Assembly: GCF_009914755.1 (NCBI RefSeq)
Contig: NC_060939.1
Source of the DNA: the human T2T-CHM13v2.0 reference genome, Homo sapiens
Direction: 5' to 3' (one strand)
DNA length: 64,000 bases
The position numbers were made by a program, and so were the translations under genes. Each line of letters begins with the position of its first letter. Positions within the stretch are counted from its first letter, which is position 1. The notes beneath the pieces are model-generated. The model saw nothing but the letters and a program-made list of their open reading frames with translations, searched no databases and was not told the DNA's origin. Shown piece by piece: positions 15,823 through 33,568 of the stretch.

Positions 15823-16741
15823 GAGAGAAACAATTACTAATTAATTACACAAAATATAATCATTTCAGATTCAGTTCAATTCAATAGGGGTGAAAATTAA
15901 TGCCTCTTTTTGGACACTTTTATTTCTGGATTTGACAAAATCAATAGCAAATCCTTCCCTATCTGATTAAAAGTAACATGATCTATATTTAGCTTTCCGT
16001 AATTTTTTGTATTGGTCACACCAGTTACTGTGTATCTACACAAGATACATTGTTTTTACATATTTCAAGAATTTGGCTTTTGACAAAAATAAGAGAATGT
16101 TCGATATCTACTGCAATAAAAAAAGTAAAGTTTTAGATGATAGTTGTTATGTTTCAATAATCAAGTAGATAGAATTGAAATTGCCTTGAATTGTGTACCT
16201 CAATTAGGACTCATTTCTTCTGACTTGGAAATACAGAGATTCCCTGGGAAATGTTTATTCAGTTTATTTATTTATTTTATCATCTGCAAAATAGGGATAA
16301 TGATAACTATATTGCAGGCTATTTTCTCTTAAGTAGTTTTAACTGACCAATAAAAGTTGTATATGTTTATCACGTACAACATTGTGGAATGGCTAAAGCA
16401 GGTACCATATGCATTGCCTCCCATACTTATCATTTGTGTGGTGAGAACACTTACAATCTTCTCTCTTAATAATTTTTAAAAACACAGTGCATTGGAATTA
16501 GCCATAGTTACCATATTGTACAATAGATCTCTTGTGCTTATTCCTCCTATCTAACTGAAATTTTATATGTTGAACAACATCTCCCCAACTCCCTTCCCTT
16601 CCCTGCACTTTTCACTTCTATGAGTTTAACTTTTTTGAATTCCACATACAAGTGAGGTAGTGGGGCATTTGTCTGTGTGTCTGGCTTATTTCACTTAACA
16701 TAATGCCCTTCAGTTTCATCCATTTTCTCAAAAATGACAAT

Positions 16742-16747
16742 CTTCTC

Positions 16748-16781
<34 letters not shown>

Positions 16782-17428
16782 GCCCCCGCCCTGCCGCCCT
16801 CCACTCTCACTCTGTTGTGCCCAGCCTGGAGTGCAGTGGTATGATCATGATTCACTGCAGTCTTGACCTCTCAGCCTCCTGAGTAGCTGTGACTACAGGC
16901 ATATGCCACTACACCTGGCAAATTTTTAAACTCCTTTTTTGTATTGACAGGGTTTCCCTATGTTGCCCAGTCTCGGGGCCTGAGTTGGGAAGATCACTTG
17001 AGCCTGGGAGGTGGAGAATGTATTGAGTCATGATCATAACCCTGCAGTCCAGCCTGGGCAACAGAGTAAGAGGAGGAGGAGGAGGAGGAGGAGGAGGAGG
17101 AGGAGGAGGAAAGGGAGGAGGGGGTGGGGGGAGGTGAGAGGGGAAGGGGGGAGGGAAGGGGGGAGAGAGGAGGAGAAGGAGGAGGAGGAGAAGGAGGAGG
17201 AGAAGGAGGAGGAGGAGAAGAATGAGGAGAATGGAGGAGAAGGAGGAGGAGGAGAAGAATGAGGAGAATGGAGGAGAAGGAGGAGAATTATTTTTGACAA
17301 CATGGATTAACAACATTCTCTGAAATGAATAGACCCAATAGATTTCTTGAACTCCCGGGCTCAAGACATCTCCCCACCTCAGCTTCCAAAAATTCTGGGA
17401 TCACAGGCATGAGACACAATGCCTGGTC
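16742..17428 (-). mobile_element. AluJ with (GGA)-type tail containing an internal inverted duplication
   Basis: Minus Alu 16742-16970 resumes at 17345-17428; a plus-oriented Alu 3' end, GGA tail and L1 flank lie between. Confidence 0.8.
17069..17286 (+). repeat. GA-rich (GGA)n/(GGAGAA)n repeat
   Basis: Directly visible; complementary (TCC)n at 16742-16801. Confidence 0.95.
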
Positions 17429-18655
17429 TTTTTTTAAGGATGAATTATATTATATTGTGTATGTAGATCATAGTTAAAACTTGTATTCATTCACTAATGG
17501 AAACCTAAGTTGATTCCATGTCATGGCTATTGTGAATAATGCTGCAATGAACGTAAGAGAACATATATATCTGTTTGACATACTGATATTATTTCAGTTG
17601 GATATATAACCAGTATTGGGATTTCTGAATCAGATGGTAGTTCTATTTTTAATTTTTTGAGGAACCTCCATGCTGCTATTTTTAGTGTCTCTACTAATTT
17701 ACATTTCAATCAACAGTGCTAAAGGACTCCCTTTTCTCTACAGTTGAAGGCTTTTTTGTTAATGTTCCAATAAAATGATTTAAGACATCTATTATAGTTC
17801 TAGCCACATGGAGAGTCACTGAATAGCAGTGTTAGGCATTATTACTAAATTTTTAACTGCAAATGTTTCCATCAAAAAACTTGATTTTTTTATTCATGAG
17901 ATTTCAGATAAGGTGGCCAAAAGGAGAGGCTTAACCCACACAGGAATATTCTACTTGGCACATTAGGAGACTTTTAGAGTCAAGGAATATCTAACCTAGT
18001 CTTTTCCCCAAAAAATCCAAATATCAAGGAACTTAACCTTGATTTGTCCAAAATTATCTATTGAAGACTCTTACTGTTTCTGAAATTTTTGTCATAAATA
18101 GGACATTAATAGGGTATATTTGCAGCCAGTGTACTATCTGGACTCCCATTCTGAGGCTCATGCCCTTGAAATGATGCTCTGAAACCAAGAGAATTCACCC
18201 TCTCTTCCAGGGTTCATGATGTCATAGAAAGTTGGAAAGAAAAGAGAATGGAAAAAATTTGTAATATTTTATTACAGTGTTTAGAAATTTAATATTTTTC
18301 ACTAGTGCTGACAGCTTCAAAACTTTAAAAGACAATTAGATTTATAAATTGAAGAGAGTTTGGCCATTTAATGATGTATGCTTATTATTTGCTCTTTTTT
18401 ATTGTGAGTATTACATTGAAATGCAAGAGCTTATATAAACAAATAAAATGCCTAATTAATAATATAACAAACACCCATGTATTTCCCAACCAGCTCAAGA
18501 AATAGACCATTTCATGCCTTTAGTAGCACTTTATTCTTTTTATGCCTCTCCCTAAGGAATCTCCTTTCTCTTGTCCTCTCTCTCTTCCAGTTGTCTTAAA
18601 CTCCCACTTCCTGTGAAGAGTGCTTTTATAAGTATTGTATTTATCATTCATTTGA

Positions 18656-18957
18656 TTATTTATTTATTTATTTTGAGATGGAGTCTCACTTTGTCCCCCA
18701 GGCTGCAGTGCAGTGGCACAATCTTGGCTCACTGCATTCTGTGCCTCCTGGATTCAAAGTGGTCCTCCCACCTCAGCCTCCCAAGTAGCTGGGATTACAA
18801 GCATGCACCACCACACCTGGCTAATTTTTGTATTTTTAGTAGAGACGGGGTTTTACCATGTTGGCCCAGCTGGTCTTGAACTCCTGACCTCAAGTGATCT
18901 GCCCACCTCGGCCTCTCAAAGTGCTGGGATTACAGGCATGAACCACCATGGTCAGCC
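18656..18957 (-). mobile_element. AluS SINE
   Basis: Full antisense dimer with (ATTT)n tail. Confidence 0.93.
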
Positions 18958-20449
18958 TCCTTTGCTTTCTTAGAAAAAATCAATTTTGTTTTTGTAACAG
19001 CTATATTGATGTGTAAATAATATACAATACACTGTAGATATTTACTGTGTACACGTTGATGTTTTGACATCTCTGTACATGTATAGGCATACATGCAAAT
19101 ACACATGCACACACACACACAAAATTATCACAACAATAAAAATAACCATATCCGTCACACCCACATTTTCTCTTCTGCTTTTGTGATACTTCATCCTTCT
19201 GCAACCCTCATCACCCGACAAGAAGTACCCTGCTTTCTGTCACTTTAGACTGGATTTCCTTTCTAAAATTTTATATAAATGGAATTATTTAGTATGTAGT
19301 CTTGTTGTCCTGCTTCTTTCATTTGATATAATTATTCTGAGATCCTTTCATGTTGGTATATTTATCTCTTTTTATTGCAGAGTAACATTTCATCATATAT
19401 ACCACAATATTACTTATCCTTGATGGGTTATGGATTATTTCCCACTTTGGCTATTATAAATAAAGGTGCTATGAATATTTGAATACAAGTCTTTGAATTA
19501 TTTTATACTATGTTGTGGATATCTTTGGGGCAAATACATAGAAATAGAATTGGTGAGTAATTTGGAAAGTGTGTGATTAATTTTTAGAAAACCACTAATC
19601 TTTTGAAAAGTGGTTGCAAATTTTTACATTCCCATGGGAACTTTACAAGAGTTCTAGTTGTGGCATAGACTTGACAAAACTTCTACGGTAAGCCTTTTTA
19701 ATTTTAGGCACTCTGATAGGTGTATGGAGGTATCCCATTCTGGCTTTAATTTGTACTTTGCTAATGGCTAATGGTGTTGAGAATCTATTAAGGTGCTCGT
19801 TTGCCCATTAGGTATTGGATAGTTTGTTTTTCTTTATTAAATTGAGAGGGATTTTATAGAATCTATTCTGGATGCAAGTACTTTTTCAGATATAGGAAAT
19901 ATTTTTCTCCCGGTCTGTGCCTTGTCCTTTGATTCCTTTAACCATGCTTTTCAAAGATCAGAGGCTCTTAACTTTTATGAACTTCACATTATCAACTTTG
20001 ATTTTTCTGGATTATGCTTTGTAAATTGTATATAAGAAATATTTCGGTGACTTAAAGCTGCCACAATTCTCTCTATGTTTTGTTCTAGAAGTTTTGTAGT
20101 TTTAGATTTTATATTTAGATCAATAATCCTTTTTTAGTTAAATTTTTATCAGTGTTATCTTGTCTGCATATTAATATCCAATATTTTCTAACAAAAATTT
20201 TTGAAACAATTATTCTTTCATTAATGAATTGTCTTTACACTTTTATAAGAAATCAATTGAGCATACGTGTGTAGAGGTGTTTCTGGAGTCTCTATTTTGT
20301 TCCATTTATTTAGTTGTTGATATTTGTGCCAACACACACTGTCTTGATTACTAAAACATGATAAACCTTGATCTCAAGAAGCGTAGGTCCTCCAACTTTG
20401 TTCTTTTCCAAAGCTTTGTTTATTTGTATTTTCACATGAACTTTAGAAT

Positions 20450-20754
<305 letters not shown>

Positions 20755-21547
20755 TAGAATTAACTTATTGATTTCTACAATGACTTCTGGAATCTTAATT
20801 GAAATTGGGTTGAATCTATAGATCAATTTGTGGATAATTTATATCTCAACAATATAGAGTCTCCTCAAACACAAATATGGTTATCTCACCTTTTATTTAA
20901 CATTTAAAAAAATTTCTTTCAACAATGTCATATGCTTTGGATTATATGAATTTATCCATCTTTTGTCAAATTTATCCCTGATAATTTTATATTTTTATGT
21001 TACTGCAAATAACATTATTGTTTAAATTTTAATTTCAGATTGTGGCTAACATAAAATGCAATATAGTTTGTATATTAGTCCTGCATCTTGCAAACTTGAT
21101 AATGTAACTTATTAGTCTAGTTGTTTTTTTTGACAGGCTCATTAAATTTTCTAAGTAGGCAATCATGCCTTCTATGAATGAAGAGAATTGTACTTTTCCT
21201 GTATAGTCTGTTTGCCTTTTATTTCTTTTTCTGCCTGAAATTCTGGCTAGATTCTCCAATATAATGTAAAATAGAAATGCTGAGAACAAGCATTCTTAAT
21301 ATTATGGGGCAAGTCATTCGTTGATTAACATTAAACACGATGTGATCAATACATTTTTCATGAATTCCTTTTATCAGCTTAGGGAAGATCCCTAATTTTC
21401 CAGGTTTAATGGCAGTGTTTTTTTTTTTTTTTTCAATTAGGATAGATGTTGAATTTTGTGAAAAGTTTTTTTCTTATTCTCTTCAGATGATTTTTTTTTC
21501 TTCAGTCTGTTATTATTTTGAGGTACACTGACTGATTCTAATGGTAA

Positions 21548-21931
<384 letters not shown>

Positions 21932-22494
21932 TTTATTTTACTTATAAAAATTATAAGAATCTTTTCTTCCATGTTCATAAGGAATATTTTTCTATAGATT
22001 TAATTTCCTTTATAATACCTTTGACTGGTGGTGCAATCAGATTAATGCTGGTCTCATAAACTGAGTCAGTATGTAGCCCCTTCTTTCCAGTTTCTTGAAT
22101 AGTTTGTACAGAATTAATGTTATTTCTTCTTTAAATGGCTGGTAGAAATCTTTTTTAAAACCTTAAGTAGAAAATTTTGTTAAAATAGGCCCAAATGACA
22201 CTTACTAAAAATAAAATAAATCGTCCTATAATTTTTACAAACCATAGTCTACTATGTTTAATAATCTTTAATGTTGCAATCAGAACCAAGAACACTGTAT
22301 TGTTGCCTATATCCTTCCTCATTGAAAATAGACAACTGTGACAATTATATAGCATCCAAACAATATTGTAAGTAACTATACAAACATTGTGTCAACTCAA
22401 AGCAACTTGTGTAATTTGTATTCTCTTTAAAACATGAACTAAATTCATATCCTTTCACATTTTCACAGCAGAAATATTTAACCTGAACTGTTTC

Positions 22495-22898
22495 TTTTTT
22501 TTTTTTTTAACTTTTATTTTAAGTTGAGGGGTACATTGCAGATTTGTTATATGGGCAAACTCATGTCATGGGGGTTTGTTGTGCAGATTATTTCATCACC
22601 CAGATATTAAGCCTAGCAGCTGTTAGTTATTTTTCCTTATCCTCTCCCTTCTCCTACCGTTCATCCTCTATTAAAGCTCAGTGTCTTTTGTTTCTTTCTG
22701 TGTGTCCATGTGTTCTCATCATTTAGCTCCCACTTACAAGTAAAAATGTGTAATATTTGGTTTTCTGTTCCTGCATTAGTTTGTTAATGATAATGGCCTC
22801 CAGCTCTGTGCGTGTTCCTGCAAAGGACATGATCTCATTCTTTTTTATGGCTGCATAGTATTCCATGGTATATATGTAATACATTTTCTTTACCTAGT
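22495..22898 (-). mobile_element. 5'-truncated older L1PA (about PA13-15) 3' end
   Basis: Poly-T then aacttttattttaagttgaggggtaca...atttagctcccactta...caaaggacatgatctcattc. Confidence 0.88.
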
Positions 22899-23134
22899 TA
22901 TTTGTATAATTGTTAATTGAAGCTATCTGAGACTGGAATTTTCCTTGTGGGAAGATTTTTACTATAAATAAATACCTATGTATTCTTGAGTGAACTTTAA
23001 GAGTTTAAGGAAATTTGTCCATTTATTTTAAGTTGTCACATTTATTAGCATAGGATGTCATTCACTTTTTATTCTTTTATTATTGAATCTGTAGTAATGT
23101 TACTTCTCTTATCCTTGACGTAAGTTATTCTGTC

Positions 23135-23448
23135 TTTTTTAACTTTTATTTTATTTTTATTTTTAAATTCTATTTAAAATTAATAAATATATACATTTAC
23201 AAGGCACAATGTGATGTTTTGATACATGCATACATTGTGAAATGATAAAATCAGGGTAATCAAAATATTTATTACCTCACATATCTCTTTGTGGTGAGAA
23301 TATTTAAAATCCACTCTATTAGCAATTCAGAAATGTACAATATATTATTATTAATTATAGTCACCAGAAGCTAAGGAATGGGGATGGTGGGTGGGGAAAG
23401 GGGAAATGTTGGTCAAAGGGTACAAAGTTTTAGTGAGACAGAAGGATA
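23135..23448 (-). mobile_element. Short L1MA-type insertion with 5' inversion
   Basis: Antisense terminal 3'UTR 23135-23366 joined to a sense-oriented upstream 3'UTR piece 23363-23448. Confidence 0.75.
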
Positions 23449-23989
23449 CCTTCTGATTGTCTCTCTTCTCCCTTTTTTTCCGCCTGTGACTGGTCTGGAA
23501 AGAGAATTATGTCTTTTGTGGATTTTCCTCCAAGAATCACCTTATGGTTTTCTTGGTTTTCTCTATTTTTTCTTGCTTTCTCTATTCTTGACTTCCACTC
23601 TAAACTCTTATTTCCTTTCTCTTCCTTACATTGATGTAAATATACTCTTCATTTTCTGTTTCCTTAAAGCAGAAAAGAGATCATTGATTTGAGACATTTC
23701 TTTTCTAGTATATGTATTTAGTCCTATGAGTTATCCTCTAAGTACTGCTTTAGCTATATACTGAAAGTTTAGATATGCTGTATTTTTATTTTTATACAGT
23801 TCTAAATACTTTAATTTCTTTTTGATTCCTTTTTTCACCCAATGCTGCTTAATTTTCAAATATTTTCATATTTTCCAAAAATTTTTCCATTTTCAATTCC
23901 TAAAGTAATTACATTATGGTTACAAAATATAATATTTGCATTAATTTTAATTATTTTAGATTATTAATGTTTTATGATCCCCAATATGA

Positions 23990-24376
<387 letters not shown>

Positions 24377-24497
24377 TGTTTGATATTTTTATTCAAGGTT
24401 TCTATATGATCAATAATTTTCTGTTTATCAATAATTTTAGGAGAGGTGACAGAGTCTGTAACTCAGTAATGTAATTTCATTATCTGTGTCTTTTTAG

Positions 24498-24891
<394 letters not shown>

Positions 24892-25714
24892 TAATTTCAT
24901 GGCTGATGTAAATTTTGTTGAGTCTTGAATAACTTTCTATTCCTATAAGTATTAGTAAGCTTTGTTCTGAAAACAGTTTAACACTTCTGAGTCCTGCTTT
25001 TAACCTTTATTAAGAGGTATTAGAGCAGCATTAGTCCTGGCTAAGTTTTCCTGACCGCTAAGGCAAAACCCTACTGAGTACTCTTCCCAGTGCCCTAAGA
25101 ATTATAAATTTCTCCACTCTGGTTGGTGGGGATGGGTACTGTCCCTGGACCTCTGTGAGCTCCAATGGGTGCTTTCTTCAATCATTTTAGGTAGTCTTTT
25201 TCCCTGACCTTGAGTCATTTCCTCATATACATGTTCTTAGTGGTACTCAGCTGAGGTTTCAAGGAATAAGATATCTGGGATTTTTTTCTCTGGACTATAT
25301 CTCCTATCCAGTACTCTGTCCTGTGAATTATACCTGACGCAGTCTCAACAAACTTTCTGCTTTATTTCTTTAACTCAGGTGGTTACCTGATTGACTGTGT
25401 TCCTCTTATTTGTGGTATAGCTGAGAAACTGTAGTCTGTACGTGGGAGAATTTGTAGGACTCACTGTGTTTGTACCATTATTTCAGAGATGTCCTTCATG
25501 ACCTGTTCAATGTCCTAAAAACTGTTGGTTTATATATATTTTCCAGTTTTCCATCATTTCGGGCAGGAAGGCAAGCAGTCCTTGTTATTCCACCAGAATA
25601 ACTTCCACCAGAAGTCCCTTTGTTGGTATTTTTTTCACATATATATTTATGGTAAAATATATAATGCTAAATACAATGCTATACTTTGTGTTTAACTTTA
25701 TATAAAAATAGTAT

Positions 25715-26034
25715 TTCAGTCAGTGTTGACTATGTTACTCTAAAATAGCAGATTAACTCCCGTATCTCAGTGCTTTAACATAACAAAGGTTTATGCTATG
25801 TGACCAACTAGGAGGGTGGCATAGTTCCCAGATTGCCAGAGGTTTCATCATCTGGAACATGTCTGCCAATTGTCAGGAAAAGGATCATATGGAGAACTTC
25901 TTCCCAGTCTGCTGTGCTCTGGCTCATATGTGATAGCCACCATTTCGTCTCATGTTCATAACCAGATCAACTTAACATTCTAAATGCAAATATAAGGGAG
26001 CAGGTACAATATTTGAAGAACATTAACCTTCTCC

Positions 26035-26035
<1 letters not shown>
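25715..26035 (-). mobile_element. Ancient MLT1 (J/K/L-like) LTR
   Basis: atctcagtgctttaacataacaaaggtttat resembles old MLT1 LTRs; highly diverged. Confidence 0.5.
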
Positions 26036-29045
<3,010 letters not shown>

Positions 29046-29149
29046 ACATAGGTCCGATGACTACTTTTTTCATTTAAAAATATTTTTGGGGAACTCACAC
29101 CTACTTTGTGCCCATCCCTGACTGGAGGTTATAAGCACAGTGGGTGATA

Positions 29150-30120
29150 AGGAAGTCTTTATCCCTGTTCTCATGGAGCTTGAATTCTAGTGAGGCAAAG
29201 GAGACAAACTATGCGTGTCTATGTTTGAAGTGGTTCTTTATGTTATGAGGGAAAATAGATAGTGTTAATAAATAGTGAAGAAGATGATGATGACGTGATG
29301 ATAAATGAGTATGTGGTAAGGAGAGGGATATTTGGGTGTAATAGTCAACAAAGGCCTCTGCTAGAAAATTGCATTTAATCAGAGACCTGGATAAAGTGAA
29401 GAAGGAGTCATATGAAAGCCTGTGAAAAAAGATCTTTTTCCCCCCTTTTAATATGAACTAGCAAGAGTAAATTTTTAAAGATCCTACAGAGGGGAAAATG
29501 TGTACTGTTCCAGGGAAAGATAAAAAGGCAGTGTGGTTAAACCGAACAGAATAAGAGTGAGGATGATAGCAAACAAGGGTCTTGGTGACTTGGAGGAGAA
29601 GTTTGATTTTTGTTTTGATTATGATTAAATTTTGTGCAAATCAATAACATTATATGAATTTTTCTCATAAAAAATCAGCCCTGCTGCTAAATTGATATTC
29701 ATAGGGGACCAATTATGTAACTTTTACATTAATTCAGGCAAGAGATAATGATTGGTTTGAACAGGATGGAGCGCTAGAAATGGAGAACAGTGGCAGGATT
29801 TGGAATAAGTCTTAAACCAGAGCTTACTTTATTAGCTGAATAGGGGCTTGAGGGAAGGAGAAGATCCATGATGACTTTTGGTTGCTTGGCCTGAGTAACT
29901 TTGTTTATGCTGAAGGCATGAAGCCATTATAGGGTAGTAGGGAGCATAAAGTTTGTTTTTTACTTGTTAACTGTGACATATCTATTAGGCATTCAACAGG
30001 AAGTTGAGAGTGACAGTGGGATACCTGATTTAGAAACTCGAGGGTTCTTGAATTCAGCAGATTTGCAGTGTATCTAGCGGTGCTGCTATATCCACAGGCT
30101 ATGAATGAAGTAGCATAAGT
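29150..30120 (-). mobile_element. L2 LINE fragment
   Basis: ccctgttctcatggagcttgaattctag...ttcaggcaagagataatg...ggcctgagtaact match L2. Confidence 0.75.
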
Positions 30121-31708
30121 GAAAGTATTTCAAACTACGAATAATGCAAATTATGATTTTAAAACTGTTACAATCACTTGAGTTTTTTTTGCCTACCAAA
30201 TTTATAAAAGCTAAAAAAAATTCAGTGTAGTTGAGGTTAAGAGATTTTAAAAAATACTCTTATATACAACTTGTGGGAATATAGCTTTTTGAAATATGTT
30301 TAAATCCTACATATCTAAAGCCTTTAACAATACGTAAAGACAGGATAATTTTATTTATGCATAGTTACCCTAAGAAAACCATTATAAATATACAGAAATA
30401 TTTCATTGCAGTCTATGTAATTAAAAATATATTTACAGGAAAATTGAAGAAGTCAAATACTATTAGAAAATAAAATACTATGAAACTATGAAAGGTTCTT
30501 CCAGAGATTCAACTATTTTTAGTTTTCAAACTTCAAGCATGGAGAAAGATTGTATTTGGTAAATTGGATGGACCTCGGTGACTAGTTCTGTTCAGTGAGT
30601 CTTGAAGGGCAGATGTATTTCATTCTAAAATAAAGCATGTTATCACAAATACAAGAACAGGTAGAGCAGAGATGTCAGTAAGATGGCCTATGAGTTGGCC
30701 TGGCAATCATACCCCCCAAAAAAGGAACCCAAACAGTAAATAAGCAACAATATTTTGACTGGAGTGACTAAAGTCCAATATGCTGGTGAGCAGCGAGGAA
30801 TTGACAAAATCTCTGTGGAGCACAGAAGCTCAGCATAGCCGCATAGAGAGGAAAGCAGGGCATCCTTTCTGTGCTACGCTGTCTCCCTGCAGGATAACCT
30901 TGGAGTCAGGGAAACTTTTCTTTAAGGGAGAAATGTAAGCTAGAGACCTCCTTATTATCCCTACGGATGTCATCATTCCTTGCTACAGGAGAGTCTTTCA
31001 GTCCCCTTATGCCTTGAATCCTGTTTGGAGAGTTACTAGGAGTTCACACGGCTACACTGACTCAGAGTAGGAGCCACTCTTACACTCCCCACCCTTGTAC
31101 CCTAAGCTACTACAAAATAGTACCATTTTGAAACTAAGCCCACTACTAGACTGTGTTCTGTCCTTGGGACCAGTGGCCACTGACTCTGAATTCATGAGGT
31201 CCCAATGTAATTCTACCACATTCACATACAAAACCATGACCCTGGTTGCATGGAGCCTAGGCCCAATGGAATGACCGAGACCTCCATGTCTCAACCTCCA
31301 TAGCACCCAGCCTGCCTGGGGAACAGATGGACTTGCCCAGTGGGAAAGCTGCTGAACAGCCAGCCAGTCTACCTGGCTCACACACAACTGCACTTCATAG
31401 CTAGCTGTCCCACCAAACTCATGTATACCCACGTCCAGTTTACAACCTAGTCTTGTGGCCACTCTGCCTCTCCAGAGAGAATGCCACACAGCTAGCCAGC
31501 CACTGAGATTGTGTCTGGATTAACAGAGAGAATCAGAGTTCCTTCTTTTCAGAGAGACCACTGCACAGTTGCCTGGCTGCCACACCTGCACAAACTCACA
31601 CCAGGCCTGACGGCCAGGTTGGCAAATCTGTGCCTTATCTCCTTAGAGAGACCAGGGCACAGCCCATTAGAATGGCATACCCACATGTGCGTAGTTCAGC
31701 AACCAGTC

Positions 31709-31787
31709 TGGTGCCCCCCTCCGCAAGCAAAATTGCTCCAGTACCACTGGTGCCCCCACCCCCAGCAAAATTGCTCCAATACCACTA
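31709..31787 (+). repeat. Tandem duplication of about 39 bp in the L1 5'UTR
   Basis: tggtgccccc...agcaaaattgctcca(g/a)taccac occurs twice. Confidence 0.85.
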
Positions 31788-33568
31788 TAAACTCCCACAG
31801 CCTAGGCCACTGAGCAGATCACGGACATCACTAATGAGTATTACAGCTTAAGAAACTGCACATAGACCACAATTCTTAATCCATCAAAAATCAAAGTATA
31901 TACACCATACCCAATCCTAAGACCCATGTACAGAAAAATGTCTCTTCCTACAAAAGCTACTGCATAAATTGGAAAAGGGGACTGTTGCATTAGGTGTGCA
32001 GATATCAACACAGAGACATAAGAAATATAAAAAGCAAGGAAACATGAATTCCCCAAAGAAACACAGTAAGTCTTCAATAACAGATCCCAAATAAAAGGAT
32101 ATTTATAAAATGCCTAAGAAGGAATTCAAAATAATGACCTTAGGGAACTAAGTGAGGTATAAAAAATACAGTCAATTCAATGAAATCATGAAAGCAATTC
32201 ATAATCTGAATGAGAAATTCAACAAAGTGATAGATGTCATAAAATAGAACCAAACATAAGTTGTGGAGTTTTCTCATTGAATGAATAAATTAAAAATGCA
32301 ATCAAAAGATTCAACAGTAGACTAAATAAAGAAGAATAAAGAATTTCTGAACTTGAAGACAATTCTTTTGACATAATCTAGCAAAAGGAAAAAATAATAA
32401 AAAAGAACGAAGAAAGACTATGGGACTCATGAGACACCATTAGGTGAACAGATTTTTGCATAATAGAATTACCAGAGGGAGAAGCTATAGAGAAAAGTAC
32501 AGAAAACCTATGCAATGAAATGATAACTGAAAATATCCCCAATCATGAGAGATATATAAACATCCAGATCTCGGAAGGGGAAGAATTCCCAATTAGATTC
32601 AACACAAAATAATCTCCTCTGAGGCATATTACAAATTCTTAAAAGGCAAAGATAAAGAGAGAATTCTAAGAAGTGCAAAATAAAAATATCAAGTCACATA
32701 TAAGGGACTCTCCATCAGACTATCAGCAGATTTCTCACTATAAATCTTGCAGGCCAGGAGAAAATGGGATGATATGTTTAAAGTGCTAAAATTAAAAAAA
32801 AAATGCTGTGAGCCAAGAATATGATATTCAGCAACACTGTCTTTCAGCAGTGAATGAGAAATACCTTCTTATACAAGGAAAATCTGCAATAATTCATTAT
32901 CACTACAACAGCCTTACAGTAAATGCATGAAAGTGTTTATCTGGGAATAAAAGGTTGATAATTACTGTTATTATAACACATAAAAATATAAAACTAACCA
33001 CTAGAAATAAATTCACAATGAAACTCAGAATATCCCCGTGCTGAAATGGCACTATATAAATCTTTCAGTCCTCTGATATGAAGGTCTAAAGTCAGAATAG
33101 CCAAAACTAACAATAGCTACAATTAGTTGCTAAGGAACACATGATAGATAAAGATGTAAATTAAGGCAACAAAAAACAAATTTGGGGGTGAGAAGGAAAA
33201 ATTCTGGTATATTTTTATGAAAACAAAGTTAGGTGTTACCAGCTTGAAATAGTCTAGTGTAACTACAAGACTTTATTTTAGGTACATGATAACCACAAAG
33301 ACAGAAATTACAGCAGATACACGAATAAGAACGAAACAGAAGATAAAGTTAAGCACAACTTTATCTGAATACAACAAAAAACAACAAACCATAGAAGTAA
33401 ACAAGAGAGGAAGAAAGAAACAAAGGATCTACAAAGCAACCAGGAAAGAATTAACAAAATGGCAGAAGTAAGACATTTCCTATCAATAATAACCTTGAAT
33501 GTCAATGGATTAAATTTCCCAATTTAAAGACATAGAATGGCTGAATGACTTAAAAAAAAAAAAACAAG

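Larger units (their letters stand above)
16330..17745 (-). mobile_element. L1MA-type 3' end interrupted by a rearranged AluJ
   Basis: Antisense L1MA 3'UTR/ORF2 end (gtggtgagaacactta, ggcttatttcacttaacataatg, ttgaggaacctccatgctg). Confidence 0.85.

Noticed and set aside
16909-17364. Poly-Leu/Pro and poly-Arg/Glu ORFs
   Set aside because: Translation artefacts of the (GGA)n repeat.
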